Below, in pieces: positions 1 through 8,329 of a stretch of DNA of 64,000 nucleotides (positions are counted from its first letter, which is position 1; each line of letters begins with the position of its first letter). Made by a program: the position numbers and the translations under genes. The notes below the pieces were generated by a model, which searched no databases, had not been told where the DNA came from, and saw only the letters and a list, made by a program, of their open reading frames with translations. This stretch comes from a virus. The stretch lies in IMG/VR virus record IMGVR_UViG_3300025914_000009, positions 32,001-96,000 of that record. One strand, written 5' to 3'.

Positions 1-756
1 ACCTGTATAATCTTGACACTGTGCTACACTATTACTTCCTATAATCTTTATACTTCCAAATGCATTTCCATCTACTGAGATTATGAAGCTACCTGGTATG
101 AAACTAGCTGCAATGTTAGCAGTCTTGCTTCCCCCTGGGATTACTGGATAAGCTCCTGATACATACTGATTATTATTCGGTGGATAATTATCGTATTGTA
201 CTGCCAGAATAGCAGCTCCACCTGTAGATGCATTATTAGTTACAGTAACCTGTGGAGAAGCAGTAGTAGTTGTTGTAGTTGTAGTAGATGTTGTAGATGA
301 AGTACTCGTACTTGTTGTAGTACTAGTACTTGTAGAAGTACTCGTTGAAGTAGTTGTGGAAGTACTTGTACTTGTGGTTGTAGAGGTTGTAGTAGAAGTT
401 GTGGTGCTAGTTGTACTTGTTGTACTTGTAGTACTTGTAGAAGTAGTGGTTGTAAATGGCCCTACTTTCATTCTTCTTGCTATCTTAAACTCTCCACCAG
501 TTAATGCTTTCACCCTGGATACTATTGCAGGAAAACCATAGGGGCAATAGAAATCCTGGTTCCATCTAAGATTATTTAGAATCTCCTTATAATACAATAG
601 CTGCCTTACCCTTATATAAGGGAGGGGCTTTATGGTCATAAAGGCAGTATTTTGCCAAGCATTTTTTCCGTACTGAGCAAGAACTGCATCAATTGAGCAT
701 ATAGCATCTTCGAGATTATCACAATCTGTACAGGTCTTTAGAAGATAACTAAACAT
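1..756 (-). CDS. Probable virion protein with long Thr/Ser low-complexity tract (runs off the left edge)
   Basis: ATG at 756, MFSYLLKTCTDCDNLEDAICSID..., Thr/Ser tract at ~262-450; lies in the structural operon; absent from the ORF track because it is truncated. Confidence 0.75.
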   Translation of the reverse strand, partial: MFSYLLKTCTDCDNLEDAICSIDAVLAQYGKNAWQNTAFMTIKPLPYIRVRQLLYYKEILNNLRWNQDFYCPYGFPAIVSRVKALTGGEFKIARRMKVGPFTTTTSTSTTSTTSTTSTTTSTTTSTTTSTSTSTTTSTSTSTSTSTTTSTSTSSTTSTTTTTTTTASPQVTVTNNASTGGAAILAVQYDNYPPNNNQYVSGAYPVIPGGSKTANIAASFIPGSFIISVDGNAFGSIKIIGSNSVAQCQDYTG

Positions 757-890
757 TTAAGCAATAGTTTGTAAGCACTTTTTTGTTGCAATTTATCCCA
801 ACATTCTCTACAGTAACCATTTATGAGCTGGCAAGCAGCGGCATAAGTATTGCAGTCTGGGTTTTTGCATTTAGTTGATTGGCATCCCAT
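738..890 (-). CDS. Small Cys-rich hypothetical protein (50 aa)
   Basis: MGCQSTKCKNPDCNTYAAACQLINGYCRECWDK...; fills the gap between co-oriented genes. Confidence 0.55.
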   Translation of the reverse strand: MGCQSTKCKNPDCNTYAAACQLINGYCRECWDKLQQKSAYKLLLKCLVIF

Positions 891-901
891 AATCTTTGGT
901 T

Positions 902-1474
902 TTAGCACCAGAGGGTATTTGTAGTTCCTCTACATCTTCCTCTAATAAAGTTATCCAACATTGTATTTGCATCCTGGTACAGCTTCATGGCCAGGATATT
1001 ATTACATTGATTTGAAGCTGAAATAGCAGCTTGAATATAGAACCAGATTTCATCAAGAACTTTCATCTGCTCAATCTTTACATCTCTATTGCATTCTATC
1101 AGATCAGTCTTTAAAAAGGCTTTCCCGAACTTTTGCTCTATGCGAGTAGTTCTGAGAAAACTTTTCTCAATATTGAAGTCTATAGCAGGGCTTATAGATT
1201 GTTTGATTGTCCATATTCCGTCAGGGAGATCAGTAAGCATGCTTGGGTCAGTGACACAAGTCAAGTTGAGGTTATTTCCATTAAGGAAAAGAACTTCACT
1301 CTTGACAAAAGATACTGTTGCCTTAGGAAAGGAAGGAGGAGTAATCTCATATGTGGGATTAGTCACAACGAAATTACTTGGATAAAAGGAGACATCCGCA
1401 ACAGCCATTGTCAAAGTGTTGTGGGTATCTACTGTTGTGAAATCCAGTATTGGTGAAGTTTGTGGAATAGGCAT
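902..1474 (-). CDS. Hypothetical structural-module protein
   Basis: 190 aa ORF, start overlaps endolysin stop. Confidence 0.7.
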   Translation of the reverse strand: MPIPQTSPILDFTTVDTHNTLTMAVADVSFYPSNFVVTNPTYEITPPSFPKATVSFVKSEVLFLNGNNLNLTCVTDPSMLTDLPDGIWTIKQSISPAIDFNIEKSFLRTTRIEQKFGKAFLKTDLIECNRDVKIEQMKVLDEIWFYIQAAISASNQCNNILAMKLYQDANTMLDNFIRGRCRGTTNTLWC

Positions 1475-1986
1475 TAGACATTAACATATTTTGTTCCTGG
1501 AATGAAGTCTCCACTGTTATACTTTTGGAAGAGCTGCTGCCAGGTATTTCCGAATGTTTTCTGTAGGTGAGGATAATCTTTAATGGAAGACCACTTTCCT
1601 CCCCACTCCCAACCAGCTTGTTCAAATACTTTCACTACTTCCAGCCAGTCAGCTACACCATCTCTATCATTATCCTTTTTCATATCCCAGGAGGTCTCAT
1701 CATATACTCCATCTCCATTAGTATCATAAACTAAGCAAAAGTCAATAGCAAGTCCATAATTATGATAGCTGCTCCCCCCACGGGCATTTGTAACAATCTG
1801 TCCTGGTGTAGTTCTCCCTTGAGCATATAGGGCGTTCTGCTCATCTATTGTCCTTAGTCCCTGAGGGACTGCTATAGCAACGGTCTTAGGGAGTGGTGCT
1901 TCTGCTTTTTCGATTAGTGCTTTTACCTCATCTCTCACCTTTGGATGGAGTAGGGCTATCCTAGCTTCTGACTTAGTATGTCTCAT
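1474..1986 (-). CDS. M15-family L-Ala-D-Glu peptidase endolysin (CwlK/Ply500-like)
   Basis: Motifs GLRTIDEQNALYAQGRT, SYHNYGLAIDF, WEWGGKW, DYPHLQ. Confidence 0.92.
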   Translation of the reverse strand: MRHTKSEARIALLHPKVRDEVKALIEKAEAPLPKTVAIAVPQGLRTIDEQNALYAQGRTTPGQIVTNARGGSSYHNYGLAIDFCLVYDTNGDGVYDETSWDMKKDNDRDGVADWLEVVKVFEQAGWEWGGKWSSIKDYPHLQKTFGNTWQQLFQKYNSGDFIPGTKYVNV

Positions 1987-2002
1987 TGGTTATTTTTTAA
2001 AA

Positions 2003-2042
2003 TAAAAAAGGAGAGAGAGCCTTGAATTGCTCTGCTCTCCTT
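2003..2042 (-). terminator. Intrinsic terminator
   Basis: Minus strand AGGAGAGCAGAGC...GCTCTCTCTCCT followed by T-run. Confidence 0.65.
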
Positions 2043-2061
2043 AACTGCCAGGTTCAGATTA

Positions 2062-3219
2062 TTATGGTATTAGGGTTGTAGTAGAAGTGGTTGAAGTTGA
2101 AGTGGTTGAAGTTGTAGTAGTAGTAGTTGGATTAGTTCCACTCACATCAGTTGGTGCTCCAAGTGCTGCAGTAAGGGCAGTTTCGAATGTTCCACCAGTT
2201 CCTGTTGGGAAGGCTACAATTACTGTAGAATCCTGAGGAACTCCAGGGTTCCATGTATTCAGGTATTCATCATAAGGATAGTACTTGATGTAGTAAGTAT
2301 CATAGAACGTACCATCAGTTACATAGCTGGTAAACAGCTGATCCCAAGATGCATACTTGTATTGATGTTTGAACTGATTAACTTGGTAGCTCCATAAGTT
2401 CTTTTCAAGCTGCTTGATTTCTGCAGAAGATCCGGAAGGATAATCTGATCTTTGAACTACTGTAGATGTAGCTACTATATCACAGGCATTGCTTACAATG
2501 AAATCCTGAGTTGTGACAGGCCCTTTGATCACGAAAGCTCTGAACCAGAGTCTGTCGTATTCATAAGGATAAGCTTCGAAGTCACAAGGGTTTCCATAGA
2601 CTGTCAGAGGCTTTTCAGTTATATACAGCTGAGAGCTTGATCCTGTTCCAAATCTTGAGAAGGTCAGGAAGGTAGAAAGTGCAGGGTCTGCATTTCCTTT
2701 TGCAACAGCTGCATCCACAAAATTCTGCAGAGCAGTTCCTGTAACACTACTACAAGGGTTAGCACCACATGAGCAACATGGAGTATCTACCACGAATGAT
2801 CTTGTAAGACCATTGAAGAATCCAGTATCAATATAACTTGAGTGAAGTACGAAGGCAAAGGTGATCTGCTCACTGCATTCAAGAGCCCATGAGCTAACGG
2901 ATTGTACCTGTGTTGGCACGTTTGATACAGCAGTTATTTTGTACCACTCAATAACCTTGGTAGAAGTGATCTTATCAGATCTTTTACTTCCAAGTTGGTT
3001 ACCTACTGTACCAAATCCTACTGCATTATTTGAAGGTAATACTTCGATTCTACCTTGAGCAATGTAGAAGTACTTTGCTGCTGCTATATTACCAGAGGTG
3101 GCAATTGAATAGTCAGGACGAAAAAGCCCAATTTGACCTGGTGTAAGGTCTTGGGTAGATCCTGTGGAAGCCAGAGTTCCTGATGTGGCAACAAACAGCG
3201 TTGTTAATGAGAAATCCAT
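2062..3219 (-). CDS. Putative auxiliary capsid/structural protein with C-terminal Thr/Ser tail
   Basis: 385 aa; third gene downstream of MCP as in crAss-like capsid modules; ends TTTTTTSTTSTSTTSTTTLIP. Confidence 0.6.
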   Translation of the reverse strand: MDFSLTTLFVATSGTLASTGSTQDLTPGQIGLFRPDYSIATSGNIAAAKYFYIAQGRIEVLPSNNAVGFGTVGNQLGSKRSDKITSTKVIEWYKITAVSNVPTQVQSVSSWALECSEQITFAFVLHSSYIDTGFFNGLTRSFVVDTPCCSCGANPCSSVTGTALQNFVDAAVAKGNADPALSTFLTFSRFGTGSSSQLYITEKPLTVYGNPCDFEAYPYEYDRLWFRAFVIKGPVTTQDFIVSNACDIVATSTVVQRSDYPSGSSAEIKQLEKNLWSYQVNQFKHQYKYASWDQLFTSYVTDGTFYDTYYIKYYPYDEYLNTWNPGVPQDSTVIVAFPTGTGGTFETALTAALGAPTDVSGTNPTTTTTTSTTSTSTTSTTTLIP

Positions 3220-3240
3220 TTAGATATAGATTTTACGTGA

Positions 3241-3969
3241 TTATTCAGATGTTCTTATTCTTTCTTGGGTGTACTGGACTGCAGGATTATTTTCAGTATC
3301 CATTGCTAACTCCTGTACTGTAAGGTTAAGTAGTTCATCCTCAAGATATTCTGGCAGCTCACAGTCTACATGAGTAGAAGTAGTACCATCAAATTTTATA
3401 TATCCTGGGAAGTCTACCTTTTGGGGATATCTTATGTAGCTTACATAAATAGTCTTCGGAGTGAAGGTTCCATCTGTGTAGACACTTAAATTGAACTGGG
3501 CTATTGAAGAAAAGCTCTCTTCGTATTCAAAAGAGGGCCTATAGTTCGTGTTGATAAGCAGACTAATAACATCAGAATGCTTTACAAGATCCTTATTTAC
3601 GTATATGACCTTATCTTTACACGTCCCCTTGGAAGCTATAAAGTACGAGTCTATATAGAACATGTACTGGGGAGTAAGTAGTGTAAGATCAGCTGTCCAC
3701 TTATTCAGATCTGGATCAGTTAGAGTAAGGCTCAGAGGATGACTTCTCATGGGCTCTATTAAAACTTCAAGATCCTCATATCTCTTCTTGAAGCTATCTA
3801 ACCCGAGACCCGAAGGATTATTCGAGTCCATTTTTAGTTTAACCAGCTTGAGCTGGGCTTCATTCAGAGCGAGGATCTTGTTTTCTAAAGGTATAATCTG
3901 ATGTTCGAGAGCTGCTACCTTATTTAACTTAAGGTCTATCTTATATAACAGGCTCTCTACTGGGATCAT
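3241..3969 (-). CDS. Putative crAss-like ring/connector protein
   Basis: 242 aa, LNEAQ...YIRYPQKV...CELPEYLEDEL pattern and position downstream of MCP. Confidence 0.6.
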   Translation of the reverse strand: MIPVESLLYKIDLKLNKVAALEHQIIPLENKILALNEAQLKLVKLKMDSNNPSGLGLDSFKKRYEDLEVLIEPMRSHPLSLTLTDPDLNKWTADLTLLTPQYMFYIDSYFIASKGTCKDKVIYVNKDLVKHSDVISLLINTNYRPSFEYEESFSSIAQFNLSVYTDGTFTPKTIYVSYIRYPQKVDFPGYIKFDGTTSTHVDCELPEYLEDELLNLTVQELAMDTENNPAVQYTQERIRTSE

Positions 3970-4967
3970 ACTTCAGCAAGTTTTTTTACTTTTAACTTTT
4001 TCTCCAGTTCGAGTAAATCTTCCTGGTTTATTTCATCCATGAGGTGATCAATTAATTCTTGTTTATCTCTAAACACTTCCAGTTCTCCTTCATATACACG
4101 TCCACCTTTCTTCTCTTTGTAGATCTGGTGTTTGAAAGCTTGCTCTACTAAGTCTCTCACATATAAGGAGTCATCTTTCAGGTCTGCATATAAGCTGAAC
4201 ACTTTAACTGGATCTTTACCTTTGTGTACTCCATTGTCTACCTGGTTCTTTTTCAGGAAGTTATCTACAAGATTGTACACAGTTTCTTCTTTTGCACTAT
4301 CACCTACGGGCAGATCAAGTAGTCTTGCGACCTTCTTACGCTTTTCAAGAGACCAGCTATCAAACTTAATGATAGCATCATTAGCAGTCTTCTTTTTTCT
4401 GTACTGAAGAGCACTTTCAACATCCTCATCATTCACATAGTATTGTGTATCATGAGAATATTCTCCTCTCTCATAAGCAGCAAGTGAAGAGGCAATGCGT
4501 GGATCTGCAGCTAACCACAAATAAGTGATGTGCTGCCAGGGATCTTCCAGATTGAAGATGTTATCTCCATCTGCCAGCTTTACTGGTTCCACATGCGCTG
4601 TTCCTTTTTTAGATGTATAGTTGTAATACTCAGAAGTTGGTGACAGGTCAATTCCCGTAGCTTCTTCAAGCTTTTTTCTCAATGCTTTTACCTTCTCCTG
4701 CTCAAGCTTTCTAAGCTGAGGGTCTTCTATCTTGAGAATGTATTTAGCATGCTCATCTAGGCCATTTCTGTACTTCCCACTAAGTTCCTTAAATGGAAGC
4801 ATCATCTTGGTTGTACCAGGAGCTCTACTCATCCCTCTCTGTCTTAGAGATTTCTCCATAGTAGGGAATGCACCATCAAAGTCCTTCGGTATTACACTAA
4901 TCTTACCGATCTTACCCATAAGTAGTTGATTATTTGGTTTACTGTACCCCTGGTGGTCATGATCCAC
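3966..4967 (-). CDS. Capsid-module protein directly after MCP (true start probably the MGKIGK Met at ~4919)
   Basis: Long ORF; synteny with crAss-like capsid module. Confidence 0.6.
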   Translation of the reverse strand: MDHDHQGYSKPNNQLLMGKIGKISVIPKDFDGAFPTMEKSLRQRGMSRAPGTTKMMLPFKELSGKYRNGLDEHAKYILKIEDPQLRKLEQEKVKALRKKLEEATGIDLSPTSEYYNYTSKKGTAHVEPVKLADGDNIFNLEDPWQHITYLWLAADPRIASSLAAYERGEYSHDTQYYVNDEDVESALQYRKKKTANDAIIKFDSWSLEKRKKVARLLDLPVGDSAKEETVYNLVDNFLKKNQVDNGVHKGKDPVKVFSLYADLKDDSLYVRDLVEQAFKHQIYKEKKGGRVYEGELEVFRDKQELIDHLMDEINQEDLLELEKKLKVKKLAEV

Positions 4968-4990
4968 ATGCTTCTTAGGAAGGGGTATTT

Positions 4991-5032
4991 TGAAAAGAGG
5001 GCCCTGGAGGCGGGAAGTTTCAGGGCTCTCTT
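4991..5032 (-). terminator. Terminator after major capsid gene
   Basis: GAGAGCCCTG...CAGGGCCCTC hairpin followed by TTTT on minus strand. Confidence 0.6.
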
Positions 5033-5049
5033 CTCGGAAGGTTTCCTCA

Positions 5050-6594
5050 TTAGAACTGAGGAACTTCTTCTATAACGACGCAACGTGATAAATCTTCTAT
5101 AAAGACATCGTATCTATCATCCATGAAGATAGTATAACCATCAAACATGTTGGCAGCTGAGTGACCTTGTGATCTCATAGCTCCAAGGTGATGTCTACGC
5201 CCATCAATATATCCCCATGTCATTGAGGGTCTTCCCTTCATTCTTACTTCTCTGATATTGTTTCTCAGAGATCCATCTCCCTCAGGGGAAATGTCAAAGA
5301 CAAGGAATAATGGAGTTGATTTCTTATTCTGACCGAACTCAAGGTTAGATTGAGGTAAATCCAGTTCTTTTAAGTGAACCAGCTCAATTCTACCTGTTTC
5401 ACGAGTTACCATGCTTGAGAAGGCATAGTTTAGTGTTAGTTTCTGTTCAGCACCCTGAATGAATCTTGTATCAGCAATGATAGTAAGACCACTATTGAGA
5501 GCATCATCTTTCAGAGCTTGGTCGAATACATCGAACCCTGCTTCATTAGTGTATATCTTAACTCTTCTTTGTGCTACATCTACACGTCTGTAGAACAGAT
5601 CTCCAAACACAGCACGGAAGATATTAGTTGAGAACTCACCTCTGTTATACTGAACAAGGTTACCATTGTTTCTCATTCTGTAGTAAACTCCAGAAGATAC
5701 TTTCTTAACCTCTTGCTTAGAACCTCTTGTCTTCACGATACCTGGTTTACCCCAGATCATCTTTTGTACTTTCAGATCAAGCATTGCTTTTCTCATCCAG
5801 AACTCAATGAAAGGTTCCCATCTGATATCATGACGAGTAACTGGTTTCTCGTTTCTCTTACCATTGATGTACACCATCAGGTCAAGAGGCATACCATCTT
5901 TGTTCTTGAGCATACGATCATCTGCCCAACCAGTGATAGTATGTTTGTAACCTACAGCTGAACCTAAAGATTCATACATTGTGATCTTTTCAGCCATACG
6001 AGGAAGACCAGGAAGATCTTCATCGAACTCACCAATTGATTGATTTACAAGAGTAAACTCAATACCAGGTTCAAGGAATGTAGGATCAACGAACTCAACT
6101 TTAGGATTGCTCGATACAAGCGTGGCAGTGTAAAGGAATCCCATGTTGTAAGGCTGCGGATCTCTTATGATAGCAAATTGCTGACCATAGATCTTGTGTG
6201 GAGTGATGATCATATTCTGAGTGAACTCAGCTGAATCCATCACGAACTGGAACTCCTGACCATCAATACCTGGAGTGGTAAGATTCAGTGTGCTCGTAGG
6301 AACCTCGATGATCTTAGGGAATTTGTATGGTACTTCTACTTCCCATTGCCATGCATCAGAGTTGGTATCAATGTAGAACGGAGTAGACTTGTTGATCATG
6401 TCCAGGAAGTCATTGGCATACAATGAGCTCTGTGTATAAATGGAGATAATCTTCTTATCATAGTCCGCAGGATCTGTGGTATGGAAAGACTCCAGGTGAT
6501 TTGTGTCTGTGAGCTTACCAATAGCACGTTTGTCCATTGAAGCTACCCTGGCATAGGCAAAACCAGTAAAACCAGGTATTGTTTGTAAAGCCAT
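5050..6594 (-). CDS. Major capsid protein (crAss-like)
   Basis: 514 aa, follows acidic scaffold and portal; size and position typical of crAss-like MCP; followed by a terminator. Confidence 0.85.
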   Translation of the reverse strand: MALQTIPGFTGFAYARVASMDKRAIGKLTDTNHLESFHTTDPADYDKKIISIYTQSSLYANDFLDMINKSTPFYIDTNSDAWQWEVEVPYKFPKIIEVPTSTLNLTTPGIDGQEFQFVMDSAEFTQNMIITPHKIYGQQFAIIRDPQPYNMGFLYTATLVSSNPKVEFVDPTFLEPGIEFTLVNQSIGEFDEDLPGLPRMAEKITMYESLGSAVGYKHTITGWADDRMLKNKDGMPLDLMVYINGKRNEKPVTRHDIRWEPFIEFWMRKAMLDLKVQKMIWGKPGIVKTRGSKQEVKKVSSGVYYRMRNNGNLVQYNRGEFSTNIFRAVFGDLFYRRVDVAQRRVKIYTNEAGFDVFDQALKDDALNSGLTIIADTRFIQGAEQKLTLNYAFSSMVTRETGRIELVHLKELDLPQSNLEFGQNKKSTPLFLVFDISPEGDGSLRNNIREVRMKGRPSMTWGYIDGRRHHLGAMRSQGHSAANMFDGYTIFMDDRYDVFIEDLSRCVVIEEVPQF

Positions 6595-6620
6595 CTTTAC
6601 GCTATTATTTTGTTATAGGA

Positions 6621-7889
6621 TTATTGGGAAAACCAAGATTTGGGTTGAGCTTCTTCCTCTGTCTTCTTATTACCACCAGTTTTCATGGCAGTCTTCTTAA
6701 GACCTTTGAAGAGTTCATTACTTTCTTTAGATACTGCCTTTTTGGCTAATTTCGTAAGTTGAGGATCTTCTTTCAAAAGTTGCATAAGCATAGCTACTTT
6801 AACTCTAAGTTCGTGATTTTCAGGTCTCTTCAGATCCATTATATCCTTGTCAAAAGTTGTAAGTAGTTCCCCATCGGGGGTTTGGAATCTGTCCTGGGTG
6901 AGATAGGCATATGTATTCTCAGCGAACTTCTTATCTACAGGGATTCCATCAAAATCTTTATTTTTCATCTTATCAGAAAGGATTCTGCCAACATTGTTGA
7001 CATACTCAGTTTTGATCTGCTGCTTTCTGGTAATTTCTTCTTGCTTTCTGGCTGCGGCCTCTGTGATTTCCTTTTCCTCTTTGGCTACCAGGATCTTTTG
7101 AGCTTCTGTAGCTTCATCGAGTAAGTCATTATAATTCTTTAGCTGAGTAACTCTTTTCTCGATATATTCAGAAGATCTACCTTCTGATCTGTACAACTCT
7201 CTCACAATTCTTTCCTGATTACCTTCATCGGTAAGGTCAATTTCTTTGATACCTTCTACTTTAGTATAGCGGCTCAGATAGTCAACTGGGTTAATACCTT
7301 TTACAAAGACATTTTCAAACATGTCCTTATAATTATCGCCAAACCTTGCAAGGAACTTATCTATTACTTGGGAAGCTTGCTTTCTTGATTCGTACTGGAA
7401 TCTATCGAGCAGTTCTTCCGGAGTACCTACTTCTATACCCTCCTCATCTTCATCGAGATTAAAGATACCATGATTCACAAGCTCTTGAGCTATTGTGTTG
7501 AACATGTTCTCCTCACCCTCTTCAGTAGTAGCTTCTTCCTCTGTTTCCTTAGGGGAATCTTTGGGAGATTTGGCTGGAGGTTTAGTTCCTTCCTCTTCGG
7601 TTTCTTCTGATCTTTCTTCAAGAACATCATAGATATCCTTGTCTTTTATCTCAGGAGTTTCTTCCTCAGTTTCTTCTTCTTCTTCTATAACCTCTTCTTT
7701 CTTCTTTACAGGTGGTTGCTTCTTAACTGCCTTCTTAACAGATACCTCTTCTTCAGTTTCTGTTTTGGAAGGTATTACCTTTATATCTTCAGGATCAGAG
7801 CTAAGGAATGCTTCCCCAGCTTGGATCTCTTCTGTAGACATGATTCCAAAGTCACCTGCAGAGAAAGAAAATTGTTCTCTGTCCGCCAT
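6621..7889 (-). CDS. Putative scaffolding protein
   Basis: Highly acidic, coiled-coil-like 422 aa ORF between portal and MCP. Confidence 0.65.
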   Translation of the reverse strand: MADREQFSFSAGDFGIMSTEEIQAGEAFLSSDPEDIKVIPSKTETEEEVSVKKAVKKQPPVKKKEEVIEEEEETEEETPEIKDKDIYDVLEERSEETEEEGTKPPAKSPKDSPKETEEEATTEEGEENMFNTIAQELVNHGIFNLDEDEEGIEVGTPEELLDRFQYESRKQASQVIDKFLARFGDNYKDMFENVFVKGINPVDYLSRYTKVEGIKEIDLTDEGNQERIVRELYRSEGRSSEYIEKRVTQLKNYNDLLDEATEAQKILVAKEEKEITEAAARKQEEITRKQQIKTEYVNNVGRILSDKMKNKDFDGIPVDKKFAENTYAYLTQDRFQTPDGELLTTFDKDIMDLKRPENHELRVKVAMLMQLLKEDPQLTKLAKKAVSKESNELFKGLKKTAMKTGGNKKTEEEAQPKSWFSQ

Positions 7890-7922
7890 ATTTAGTTGAT
7901 TTTATTGGTTTTCAACAGGATG

Positions 7923-7953
7923 TAAAATTATGTGTATTTATATTACCAGCAAA
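7923..7953 (-). promoter_or_regulatory. Bacteroidota sigmaA-type promoter for scaffold/MCP
   Basis: TTTG-N19-TAATTTTA on minus strand. Confidence 0.55.
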
Positions 7954-7996
7954 GACTTTGCTCCTAAAAGGCTGATTAATATTGCTTAATATAGCA

Positions 7997-8329
7997 TTAG
8001 GATTCATCATCCGATTCGAAAGATTCACCTGTTTCATTATAGACAGGCCAGTCTCCCTCACATAGTCTCATTTCAACAACTGCTTTCTCCCATCTTTCAC
8101 AGAGTTCTTCAAAGGATTCAGCTACCAGGATCTTCTCTCCATCATACATCTGGACTATGCTCTTAGTAGAAGTATATCCAATTACCTTATATATTTCCCC
8201 TACCGGAAGGGCCATTGCTCTCCATACCCATTGTTTGGACTTAGCAATGATGCCCATATCCATTTCCTCCAGCTCCATGTCTTCCTCCGAGACAAGCTTT
8301 ACCTTGGCTTTCAGTTTTAATAGACTCAT
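7997..8329 (-). CDS. Hypothetical protein
   Basis: 110 aa ORF coupled to portal stop. Confidence 0.6.
   Translation of the reverse strand: MSLLKLKAKVKLVSEEDMELEEMDMGIIAKSKQWVWRAMALPVGEIYKVIGYTSTKSIVQMYDGEKILVAESFEELCERWEKAVVEMRLCEGDWPVYNETGESFESDDES

Noticed and set aside
356-541. Val-rich plus-strand ORF
   Set aside because: Antisense shadow of the Thr/Ser tract of the minus-strand gene
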